Assembly (NCBI GenBank): GCA_965200155.1
Contig: CBDATR010000010.1
Location: forward strand, 288,001 to 352,000
DNA: 64,000 nt
DNA from: Nitrosopumilaceae archaeon
Lineage (GTDB): Archaea > Thermoproteota > Nitrososphaeria > Nitrososphaerales > Nitrosopumilaceae
Direction: 5' to 3'
Positions 41,432 to 51,497 of the stretch are shown here, piece after piece. Position numbers and translations under genes: made by a program. Under the pieces are notes generated by a model, which was given only the letters and a program-made list of their open reading frames with translations, had not been told where the DNA came from and did not search any database. Each line of letters opens with the position of its first letter. Within the stretch, counting starts at the first letter, position 1.

Positions 41432-42600
41432 GATATTTTTCAGAAATTTCTTGTACCTGTTATGCTTGTGCATAATGTGCAAATTATGCAACCCGGATAC
41501 TACGAGTAGATCTTCCCGAAATTCCTCACGACTGCCATCATATACCTGACTTAATCTACGATATACCTTGAGCATACGTATGACATGCTCGATTAATATG
41601 CGCCTTTTTGACACAGTTTGGTTGTATTTCCTTTCAGTTTTAGTGAGTGATTCCCCGCCCTTGTATGAAATTATGACCTCTGCGCCGGGTAGGAAGTCTT
41701 TCATCTCCTGGTATCCTGCATCTACAACTACTGTTATCTTATCAGATGGCGGCGTGGTTTATTCTTCTAGGGACTTACCACCGAGGGGAATATCATGAAT
41801 ACGCCATAATCGTGTCTTTTTCCCTCATATACTCCACTGATGTGAATTATCAGTCTTGTTTGATGTTATCTGTACGTTGTATGGGTGGGTTTTTTGTTTA
41901 CCAGTGTACATTGCCTCCTGATTTTTTTCAGGATGCTGTACGCGTACATGTGTCCCGTCAGTCTTTATCTCCACTCCGGCTCGACCGGGAACAATTTCCT
42001 TAAAGTCGGGTGTTGACTTGATTTGTGATATTGCTTTTGCAACGGTATCGGCCGTTGGGAGTATCTTGATCAGTCCCTGCTTTGTAAACTGGATGTAACG
42101 GCATATGTTTGACTGGTTTATCTTGAGTATAGATGCCAGCAGCTCCTGCTTTGTATTGCAGCGCAGGCGTATCAGTGTAACTAAGAGTACATGCCTGACC
42201 GGAAATTTGTTCACGTGCCCGCGTTCATTTGTAAGTTCTAAGAATCGCCGTGCATCATCGCCTTCCAGGGACTCTACGTATTCTGTGAATCTGGTTAGTA
42301 TCCATTTGAACTCTTCCGGGGTGCATCCGGTCAGGAAATGAAGCTGATCCTTGCGTTCTATGATGTCATCGAGATTTGAAACGAGGGCATTCTTTGTGAG
42401 CTTCAAGTTTGCCATGCAGGTTGTATGAGTTCACGTCTTCCGGAATCTTATGCACAAATCACATTAACTGTCGCGATCAGTTATGCGTAAATTTAGACAC
42501 AGGTGAACTCACACCGCAGGTTTGTTACTTCGGCCTCGGTGCGTAGCCGGTTGTACTCTGTGACTAACTGCTCCTTGGTGAGTTCTTCTGCTTTTAGCAT
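41426..42600 (-). pseudogene. IS5-family (DDE_Tnp_4/ISL2-like) transposase, frameshifted and MITE-disrupted
   Basis: FLTG..EEF, HTH QELLA..INQSNICRY, DGT, YTGK, DAGYQ, YNQ..SKRRILIEH. Confidence 0.8.
42423..42514 (+). mobile_element. 92-bp MITE
   Basis: TSD tgcaggtt/cgcaggtt. Confidence 0.92.
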
Positions 42601-42619
42601 ACCTGGTACTACAAAATTA

Positions 42620-42711
42620 GTATGAGTTCACGTCTTCCGGAATCTTGTGCACAAATCACATTAACTGTCGCGATCAGTTGTGCGTAAATTTAGACACAGG
42701 TGAACTCATAC
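42620..42711 (+). mobile_element. 92-bp MITE
   Basis: TSD caaaatta. Confidence 0.95.
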
Positions 42712-43084
42712 CAAAATTAGGTCTTAACTTTTCTGTTTCACAAGAGTCTGTGTGGGAAAACCCATGACACTAGGTCAATTGTTCGTATCTAATAACTTGG
42801 TTTAGACGTGCAGGGTGGGAGAAGTGATTCTGCGCATACGGTCTAATGTATTAATTATTACCATAAACTGATAATGCATTTTTCTATCAGACATTGATAA
42901 GTAGACGATGTGGCAAGTAGCTCAAGATTATCGGAGAGTATGGCAGTGGATCAACTTTTCATACATTACACATAGTACAGGAAATCACAATGAGGGTAGC
43001 CAAGTACAACAAGTGGGTGGACGCGGCGGCAACGTAGAAAATTAGATCACGACATGGGGAACCCGTATTCTGTCAAAGTCAGTT

Positions 43085-43405
43085 ATGCAACAAACTCAAA
43101 ATCGAAATATTTTTGAATTAGTATGCCGTGTGTATTGTGTGGAAGTTACGTATCTGAAGGCTATGACGGCGCATGATTTGAGTGATATGGAAATTATCAA
43201 GCGCGACATAAAACGTGGTCTTATACTGATTATTCGGGTGGGCCCTATGGCACTAAAGGATGTCCAAGAATTGCGCCATTTAATAAAAGAGCTTTATGAT
43301 GTTGCCAAAGCTGAAGGATCAGATATAGCACGTCTAGGAGAGGAGAGAATGGTGATCACACCCCCTCATGTGCAGATATGGCGCCCGCAGTACGATTTAA
43401 AATAA
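43085..43405 (+). CDS. sepF: Archaeal SepF-family protein
   Basis: IKRDIKRGLILII...SDIARLGEERMVITP; start uncertain. Confidence 0.75.
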   Translation: MQQTQNRNIFELVCRVYCVEVTYLKAMTAHDLSDMEIIKRDIKRGLILIIRVGPMALKDVQELRHLIKELYDVAKAEGSDIARLGEERMVITPPHVQIWRPQYDLK

Positions 43406-45322
43406 CTTTACAGCTTCCTGAACTTGTGGGTTGTGGGTAGGAATCTTGTACATTCTTCTTATGTTCAATACCAGACTCTCTGATTTTCGCCTTTCCCCAT
43501 GGTTTACCAGAACACGACGAAGCTTGGGGCGCATCTTTTGTATGAACGACATGAGTTGGTTGTAGTCGCTGTGCCCGCTGAATCCGTCCAGCTTCTCTAT
43601 GTTAGCGTTAACGGTCACTGCTCTTACCTTCCCGCCTTTTTCCAGCATGGAGACCTGCTTGGCTCCGTCCAAAACACGTCTGCCCATAGTACCATTCACT
43701 TGATAGGAAACAAAGAGTATGGTATTTTGTTCATGGGGTGCTATATTCTTGAAATACTCGAGTACCGGCCCTCCCTCTAGCATACCGGAAGTGGCCAGTA
43801 TTATTCCCGGCGAATCTTCCCTGATGGCCTCCCCGCGGGAGTCAGAGTGATCAATATTGGTAAAGTATTCTGAGTCAAACGGATTATCGTCCGTTTCCAG
43901 TATCTTTTGTCGTAACTCCTTGGCCAGGTATTCCGGATATGCTTCATGTATGGCCGATGCCTCGGAGATCATGCCCTCAGTAAAGACTGGCGCCTCCACC
44001 ATCTGGCCCGCTTTCATGTAGTGATCCACAACCATCATTATCTCCTGGGCTCTGCCTACGGCCGGTATGGGTATAAGCACCTTGCCACCATTGGCCAACG
44101 TACGGTTGACCACGTTTATGAATGCGGACTCTACCTCTTGGCGGGTGGGTTGTATATCCTCCTTTAGGCCATATGTACTTTCAATAAGAAGCGTCTCTGC
44201 CCTGGGGAATTTCCATTCAGCGGCCTCAAAGAGTATACTCTTTCCAAACTTTATGTCTCCTGAGTATACAAAGTTGTGATCTCCGTTTCCTATGTGAAGG
44301 TGACAAAGTGCAGAGCCCAGTATATGGCCCGCATTAGCTAGGACCAACTTTATGTCAGGAGATATGTCGGTGACCGAACTGTAGGGAAGTGTGATAGTCT
44401 GTTTCATTACCTGCCTGACATCCCTCTCCGAATAGAGCGGTATCTTGCCTTGGGCATTGGCAACCTTGATGGCATCAAGTTGTATGAGATTCATCATGGG
44501 TAGTGTGGGTTCACTACAGTATATTGGACCCCGGTATCCGTATTTGCAAAGCGCCGGGAGAAAACCTGTATGATCCAGATGTGCATGTCCGATAACCACT
44601 GCATCTATCTCGTCCAGTGTAATGTTGGCCCAGTCCAATCGCGGATATGCCTCGTTGGCTGTGCGCGCTCCCGGATTCACGCCACAATCTAGGAGTATCT
44701 TGGACTCTGGCGTGATTAGCAGCATACAGGAGCGTCCAACCTGCCCAAAGCCTCCCAAAGTCAGCAATGACACCTCAGCCTGTTGTGTCATCCGGGGCCG
44801 GAATATCTCCTCGCCTATCTGCTTAAATTGCTTGATTCTTTCGGTGGTGGACATCTTTAGGTTGTAGTTTATGGATTGTATCGTGCTTGAGCTGGTGGTT
44901 GTGGCCTTGCGTATCCTAATACGCCATCCCAACTCCTCGGTTATCTCATTATGATTAAACTTCGGGCCGCGCAAGAGCCATGGACGCTTTACCTCTATGT
45001 TTATCTCGCCGATGGCTCCGTCAAAGAAGGTGCCCTGCAAATCTGCCTCTTTAGGTATGTGTGACGTCAGTATTGCTTTGGCTTCTGTTTCAGATTTTCG
45101 TATGGATTGGTCTGTCCTTATCACAATGCGCTTCTTGATGGCGCTCACCAAGTTGGAGAGTATTTGACTACGATCCAGCAGAAACTTGGGCGATGTAGTG
45201 TATATTGCTATGCGCGGGCCTTCATACTCTATCTTTGTTACCTTTGCGCCCTTGGGTATCTTCTGTAATATTATGGCTATTATATTTTGGATTGGCAGAT
45301 TGCTCTCTGTTTTTTTGTGCAT
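43397..45322 (-). CDS. fttA: Beta-CASP ribonuclease aCPSF1 (termination factor FttA)
   Basis: N-terminal KH domains (IEYEGP), HAHLDH, AGHILGS, ESTYG, GRAQE, GFSGHSD. Confidence 0.93.
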   Translation of the reverse strand: MHKKTESNLPIQNIIAIILQKIPKGAKVTKIEYEGPRIAIYTTSPKFLLDRSQILSNLVSAIKKRIVIRTDQSIRKSETEAKAILTSHIPKEADLQGTFFDGAIGEINIEVKRPWLLRGPKFNHNEITEELGWRIRIRKATTTSSSTIQSINYNLKMSTTERIKQFKQIGEEIFRPRMTQQAEVSLLTLGGFGQVGRSCMLLITPESKILLDCGVNPGARTANEAYPRLDWANITLDEIDAVVIGHAHLDHTGFLPALCKYGYRGPIYCSEPTLPMMNLIQLDAIKVANAQGKIPLYSERDVRQVMKQTITLPYSSVTDISPDIKLVLANAGHILGSALCHLHIGNGDHNFVYSGDIKFGKSILFEAAEWKFPRAETLLIESTYGLKEDIQPTRQEVESAFINVVNRTLANGGKVLIPIPAVGRAQEIMMVVDHYMKAGQMVEAPVFTEGMISEASAIHEAYPEYLAKELRQKILETDDNPFDSEYFTNIDHSDSRGEAIREDSPGIILATSGMLEGGPVLEYFKNIAPHEQNTILFVSYQVNGTMGRRVLDGAKQVSMLEKGGKVRAVTVNANIEKLDGFSGHSDYNQLMSFIQKMRPKLRRVLVNHGERRKSESLVLNIRRMYKIPTHNPQVQEAVKLF

Positions 45323-45329
45323 TATATCA

Positions 45330-45959
45330 CTAGAGTCGAATCTCTGCCTTTTTCTGTTCGTTTTCTAGCAACCGGAATCCGTCGTTGTCCATCACTGCCA
45401 AGTTTATACCATCGCCGGTACCTATATTTCTAATAATGGCGGCCCGAACAGCTTCAAGAGCTAGCGATTTGGCATCGTCCAGTTTTAAGTTGCTCTGGTA
45501 TCCGTCCTCTAATACACCATATGCTACAGGAGAGCCGCTCCCTGTGGTGACATATGGTTTTGCTTCAACCGAACCAAACATATCCACATTGAATAGGGCT
45601 GGTCCATTCGCATCATATCCTCCCAGCAATATGTCGGCCATAAATGGATAGCCACGATTCTGGTGGAACATGATGGATGTGAGCCTTGCCAATGAATTAA
45701 TCGGAATTGCAGTGTTTGCATGCAAGCGATGCAGGTTGGCATGGTATCTTAGCGCACTCACTATATTTTGTGCATCAGCTACGCCACCTGCCAGTGTAAG
45801 TCCGGCGTGGTGATCTATCTTTTGTATCTTCATGGTGTTATTGTTGGCTATAAAGTAGCCAGCACTGGCTCTCATGTCGGCGCACAACACCACACCATGA
45901 TCCGTTTTTATCCCTACGGTCGTAGTCCCATGTAAAATTTTATCCTGTATAGCGGTCAA
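45330..45959 (-). CDS. psmB: Proteasome beta subunit
   Basis: HG-TTTVG propeptide site, ADMRAS, GGVADAQ, TGSGS; probable TTG start. Confidence 0.93.
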   Translation of the reverse strand: MTAIQDKILHGTTTVGIKTDHGVVLCADMRASAGYFIANNNTMKIQKIDHHAGLTLAGGVADAQNIVSALRYHANLHRLHANTAIPINSLARLTSIMFHQNRGYPFMADILLGGYDANGPALFNVDMFGSVEAKPYVTTGSGSPVAYGVLEDGYQSNLKLDDAKSLALEAVRAAIIRNIGTGDGINLAVMDNDGFRLLENEQKKAEIRL

Positions 45960-46025
45960 AATCACACCTTTTGTAGTTAGTATACAATAATACCCTTTTA
46001 AATAACTTGTCAAAGTCCGGGTTCT

Positions 46026-47066
46026 ATGTCCGGTTCTCATGTCATGGAGCTTCCCCGGCGGATAGTGATAGGTGAGGGAAACATGTGTGATCTGGGAAAG
46101 TTTGCTGTATCCCTGATTGGTGCACGGGAGGTGGCACTGATATGCGGCCCGCATGTAAGAGAGGATATAGGATCCACGGTACAGGATTCGCTGACTCGGG
46201 TGGATCTCTCGTATAGGTGGTGTATGCCCCGAGATAATACATTTGATACAGTTAATCTGGTACAGGAAGAGATACGGGGATCTGGCGCAGTACTGGGTAT
46301 CGGTGGGGGTAGATCCGTGGACATGGCAAAGATGACCGCAAACAGACTGGGGTTGCCCTACATCAGCGTGCCTACCGCAGCCTCACACGATGGTATGGCT
46401 AGCCCCTTTGCCTCAATACGTGGGGATAAGCCACATTCAATGCTAGTTTCGGCCCCCTTGGGCGTGTTTGTGGACATATCTGTTATCAAAAAGGCTCCCC
46501 CTAGACTCTTGGCTAGCGGATGCGGGGATCTGATTGCTAATATAATCGCCGTGCGGGATTGGACTCTGGGACATCAGAGGACAGGGGAATATTATGGCAG
46601 GTACTCTGCCGACTTGGCAATACTCAGCGCCAATATAATAATGGAAAACTCGGGTATCTTCGCGCAGAATGGCCTTGATGCGCGTATGATAGTGGAGGCC
46701 CTGATAAGTGCAGGTGTGGCCTCGTGTATTGCAGGAAGTAGCAGGCCATGTTCCGGATCTGAACATCTATTCTCTCATGCATTGGACCAGATAGCTCCTG
46801 GTATAGGACTGCATGGTGAGAAATGTGGCATTGGGTCTATCCTTATGGCAAAACTTCACAAGCTGGACTGGGTGGGTATATCCCAGGCGCTGAGAGATGT
46901 AGGTGCCCCTATCAGGGCTGCACAAATTGGACTAAGTGATGAGCAAGTGATCAAGGCGCTCACGGTGGCACAGCAGATGAGGCCAGAGAGATACACAATT
47001 TTACAAGAGGTAAAACTGGATGTACAAGGCGCCAGACGGTTGGGCGAGGAGACTGGCGTTTTGTGA
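46026..47066 (+). CDS. egsA: sn-glycerol-1-phosphate dehydrogenase
   Basis: GIGGGRSVD, PTAASHDG, SRPCSGSEHLFSH, LHGE, RPERYTIL. Confidence 0.95.
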   Translation: MSGSHVMELPRRIVIGEGNMCDLGKFAVSLIGAREVALICGPHVREDIGSTVQDSLTRVDLSYRWCMPRDNTFDTVNLVQEEIRGSGAVLGIGGGRSVDMAKMTANRLGLPYISVPTAASHDGMASPFASIRGDKPHSMLVSAPLGVFVDISVIKKAPPRLLASGCGDLIANIIAVRDWTLGHQRTGEYYGRYSADLAILSANIIMENSGIFAQNGLDARMIVEALISAGVASCIAGSSRPCSGSEHLFSHALDQIAPGIGLHGEKCGIGSILMAKLHKLDWVGISQALRDVGAPIRAAQIGLSDEQVIKALTVAQQMRPERYTILQEVKLDVQGARRLGEETGVL

Positions 47067-47338
47067 CTTTGCTAATTCACGCGTGATATCTTTCCGGCTG
47101 TGAGATGCATATTGTTATCTACGCGCCTGCAAGCGAACCATTCTGTCACTATTATTCACGTGTTCATATTCGGCAGCTGTGCATTCACTACCATTTCCAG
47201 CTTCCGGTAATGGCAAGACTTGCACATTTGAGGTGAGAACCATTTTTTGTATAACGGCGCGAGCTTATGCCTTGACACAAGTCATACTCATCGTGCGTGA
47301 ATTTATGCGCCAGCGAATTCATACACGGAACCTGTATC

Positions 47339-48031
47339 TTACGTGATGAACATTTTGGAGTCCAGGACTTCATGTGACATTTGAACTATCTCTGCTTGGG
47401 GACAAAACTGCCACATAATGTCCGTACTGCAGCTACGCTGAGCCGCCCTATACATTATCGGTTTGAGATTATGTATCACTACTTGGGCCTCGTAGTGGTC
47501 AATTATACCCAACCGCAGGGCCGCCCCCACATTTCCTGCCACAAAATTGTATAGCAGCATCTGCGGTACCACCTCTCTTGCTATACCCAGTGATTGGCAG
47601 CATATGCCAAAGGATACAGGGTGCGCTCCTGATGCTCTCTTCTTCTTTATCGCTTCTAGATACTTGCCTAGCATGACTGTTTTCTCCTGAAACTTTGCTA
47701 CGCAACGACAGAGTTGGGTCCCGGAACGGCTGGAGGCATCCCGTGATTCCCGAACCGGTCTCTGGGACTGAAACATTTCGTCCAAGCGTACTATTCCGTC
47801 TACGTCATCCTGCTTTGCCATATCATACGCAAAAATGGCCGCCACACAATCTGTGGGTCCCACTTGTTGCTCTACATACATGGCATTCAGGCACTCTATG
47901 TCTGCCGCGGTTCTGATGTGACCTGATGCATACATGGACTCTATACCATTGGATATGGCAAAAGCCCCTGTGGGAAACATAGAGTCACATAATTGGAACA
48001 TACTCAGAAAAGAGTCATGGCCTTCTGGCAT
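47339..48031 (-). CDS. ureF: Urease accessory protein UreF
   Basis: QLCDSMFPTGAFAISNGIE N-terminus; HE...KMFIT C-terminus. Confidence 0.88.
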   Translation of the reverse strand: MPEGHDSFLSMFQLCDSMFPTGAFAISNGIESMYASGHIRTAADIECLNAMYVEQQVGPTDCVAAIFAYDMAKQDDVDGIVRLDEMFQSQRPVRESRDASSRSGTQLCRCVAKFQEKTVMLGKYLEAIKKKRASGAHPVSFGICCQSLGIAREVVPQMLLYNFVAGNVGAALRLGIIDHYEAQVVIHNLKPIMYRAAQRSCSTDIMWQFCPQAEIVQMSHEVLDSKMFIT

Positions 48032-48174
48032 ACTCGCGTTTGTTACATAATGAAGTACAAAAATATTCTAGATGAAAATTCAGTCTCCCTCTTCCCGTCG
48101 GGTGACGCCTAATCTAACCCTGTGATATTTTGTAACAATTTACAAGATTGGTGGTTAGACATGAGTATGCCTAT

Positions 48175-48372
48175 TGTAATGTATGAAAAGTCGGTCCGCT
48201 AGTCATTGGCATTGCACTCCATCCATTTTGCATCATTTGCCCTAATTGTCTGGGTCGCCTTTTTATTCCTGAAGCGGCGTTTCGCCGTTATCTATATCTA
48301 GTGAGAAGTGCAATCTTCTCTCATTGTAGTAGTCTACATAATCCCGGAGACTGTCATAATGCCATATCTCAT
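48175..48372 (-). mobile_element. Truncated IS481 right end
   Basis: About 200 bp matching the right ends of the other copies. Confidence 0.8.
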
Positions 48373-48373
48373 C

Positions 48374-49301
48374 TCAATAGTACGAAAAGTAAGTCCGCTT
48401 AGGATCCGGCGTACAGTAGTTCAGATTGCACAAGCCAGATGGTAAAGAGAATAACAGAGGAATCAAGACAAAAGAGGCGTTGCCGCCACCAACATCTCAA
48501 GACCTGAAACAAGACACGTACGAAGATTGTGAACCAGAGAACGGGAACGACTCGAGTAAAGATGGGCAGGCCTATGATACCAATCACCGCCACCCAGATA
48601 CGAATGGTAACTGAAGCATACAGCAAGGATCCCGCCGGAGTAGTACGTATTGCAAAGAGGCTTAGACAGAATTACAATATATTGCGCAGTATATCGCATA
48701 ATGAAAAAGAACGGTACGGCAGGATCATCACCTGCAAAGTCAGAGTGGGTACGCTACGAGCGTAAATATTCCAATGCAATGTGGCATTGGCATGTCATGA
48801 AAGATGAGCGCTTCAGGGGACTGAATCTCATAGATGATGCATCTAGGTGTATAGTCGGAGCGGCACTATTTGAGCATGCAACCTCAGAGAACGCCGTTCT
48901 ATTACTGAGACTGGCGATAAAGAGATTCGGCGCCCCTGCATCTAGGATAACGGCGCGTGTTTCGTAGGACAATAAAGAGGCAAAAAGAACTGGAAACCCA
49001 CTATTCTAGGAAGAACTGCTGGATCAATACATCATACTAATCAGTTCCAGACCATACCACCCGCAGACAAATGGCAAACTGGAGCGCATCCATAGAACGA
49101 TTGAGGACGATATATGGCATTATGACAGTCTCCGGGATTATGTTGACTACTACAATGAGAGAAGATTGCACTTCTCACTGGATAGATAACGGCGAAACAC
49201 CACTCCAGGAATAAAAGGCGATCCAGACAATTAGGGTAAATGATGCAAAATGGATGGAGCGGGATGCCAATGACTAGCGGACCGACTTTTCATACATTAC
49301 A
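48374..49301 (+). mobile_element. IS481-family element, degenerate (copy 4)
   Basis: Both TIRs present; RPYHPQTNGKLER. Confidence 0.85.
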
Positions 49302-49346
49302 ATGTGATGACAATACTAATATTACTATCGACCATACTTTATCAAA

Positions 49347-50896
49347 ATGTTACAATCTACGAACAATAACAATATCGTACTTAAAGCTTTAATCGGGGGG
49401 GGGGGGGTCTCCTCCTTACACTTTCACTAGTATTAGTACCGGCCACTGATCTTGCGTTTGCTCAAACAGAAAAGGAGCATATTACCTACATGACTGTATC
49501 TGACACCACCTACACTGGTGCCACCGTTACATGGTATCAGTACAAGGTCGAGGACTATATAAGAGTCCAACCAGGGGATGATGATTATGTTAACAAATAT
49601 GTCGTGGTGTTAAGTTATGGAAATGGAACTAAAGTTCCTGATAAGACAACAACAGTTCAAGGAACCACAACACATGATATTACCGGACTGACTCCTGGCA
49701 CCGACTATGAGGTATTTGTCAGAACCACTGGAAACAACAATGTCAAGTCCAACACTAAATCCTTTAGCACAACTGATATAGATCCACCTATAATCTCAGA
49801 AAGAACGTCAAATTCTATAACTATCGAAGTACCTAGAGCTCAGCCAACAAATGGTAAATACTCACCTCTTTGTGTAGTAGCTGATGTCTTTGAATCTTCC
49901 CCACGGAAGTATATACGGACCGAATCTCTGACTGTTAATGATAAAATGACAATCACAGACCTCTTACCTAATACTGATTACACCATCAGTGTGATCAACG
50001 AATGCGATGGTCTAAGACCTTTAGAAACCTTCAATGTCGATACCTCCATCCTCAGATTCACTAATACTATACCAGACATTACCATGGACGAGGGTACAGT
50101 ACGTTCCATAAAGCTAAATGCAGCTGATTATAATGATAGAGACATTACATATAGTGTAAAGGTCCTGAACGACAAGACATTACCTGGGCATGCAGGAATA
50201 TTCGATGATACCCACCTCCACTTGGAGCCTGATAGAACAGCAGCAGGGGAATACACTCTACGTGTCACAGCAACTGCTGGTAGCGACACTAAACGTGATG
50301 AATTTGTACTTACCGTAAGTGATCCTGGTATTAATCCACCCCAAATCAAAACTCAAAATAGCACCTCTGTAACTATAGAGGTCGCCTCAGAGGACTATAA
50401 TACAAAAGACCCAACCTGTACAACCGCCGCTATCTTCAAAACCTCCTCCGGACCTTCAGGTGCTGATTTAGAGGATTTCGAATCAAACCCCTTAACAATT
50501 ACGGGCCTCTCACCTGATACTGCGTACACCATACGTGTGTTTAAATCCTGTGAACCCGATGTTGGAAGGCTGGGAATCCTACAGTTCACTACATCATCTA
50601 GTGGCAGTGAAGATCAGACATCACCTGACGATCAGACATCTTTAACACTAAGTAGAGACATAAGTGGCAATGATGTTACTCTAAGCTGGAACGACTTGGC
50701 AGATACTATCTATATCGTGGCGGTATTTGATGGGGAAAGAAACCGAGTCATTGAAGGCGGAGCGGCACGCGTATCAACTAACTCCTATACCCTCAATGAC
50801 CTAGATGCTGACACATATACTGCATTTGTGAGAACCCCTGGACCCTCAGGAACTCATACCATGTCCAACACTGTAACCTTTACCATCACTAGTTAA
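49347..50896 (+). CDS. Secreted fibronectin type III/Ig-like repeat protein; signal peptide out of frame at G13 tract (49395-49407)
   Basis: FN3 motifs ITGLTPGTDYEV, LLPNTDYTISV, GLSPDTAYTIRV; upstream in-frame LLLTLSLVLVPATDLAFA-Q signal peptide. Confidence 0.78.
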
Positions 50897-50957
50897 TTTT
50901 TTTCTCAGTTTAAGTTGGCTCACGCGTTCAGATGCCAACCTGGCTTGTATGAGAGTG

Positions 50958-51033
50958 CGGCAGAGCCACGGTACTGTTCTAGCCGCCCAACCACGGGACG
51001 GCATAGCCACGGTACTGTTCTAGCCGTCCAGCC
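50958..51033. repeat. 35-bp imperfect direct repeat separated by 6 bp
   Basis: cggcagagccacggtactgttctagccgcccaacc vs cggcatagccacggtactgttctagccgtccagcc. Confidence 0.8.
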
Positions 51034-51146
51034 GTCAAAAGACAGTAAGGCTGGCGTATATCCTGTCCCGACAGAGTACACATAACGGAGTTAATGCCAG
51101 CTAGAATGTGCGGCAGTAGTGAGCGGGAATGATTCCAGTTGGGTGC

Positions 51147-51255
51147 GGTAAATAAAGGGGCGATCATTCCCGCCCAATTAGGATAGATTACTTTGAGCCC
51201 TTTGCAAGCCTCCTGAAAGGTAAACAAAGGGGCGACCATTCCCGCCCAATGAGGA
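51147..51255. repeat. 37-bp duplication (3 mismatches) flanking a 35-bp insert (unit 5)
   Basis: ggtaaataaaggggcgatcattcccgcccaattagga vs ggtaaacaaaggggcgaccattcccgcccaatgagga. Confidence 0.85.
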
Positions 51256-51289
51256 GTGCCCACCACAACAGATTGCATACCGCCCAGAT

Positions 51290-51381
51290 GTATGAGTTCA
51301 CCTGTGTCTAAATTTACGCATAACTGATCGCGACAGTTAATGTGATTTGTGCATAAGATTCCGGAAGACGTGAACTCATAC
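51290..51381 (-). mobile_element. 92-bp MITE without TSD
   Basis: Consensus match; flanks differ. Confidence 0.92.
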
Positions 51382-51497
51382 TCAGTTCGCGCTATTTTCA
51401 TCCTGTCGCATCAGTGCTAGGATAACCATTCTCATCTATACGCAGTTAGGGGGAATGAAGTACGGGCCAAGATCATGAAAAACCTCAAGCAGCTTGG

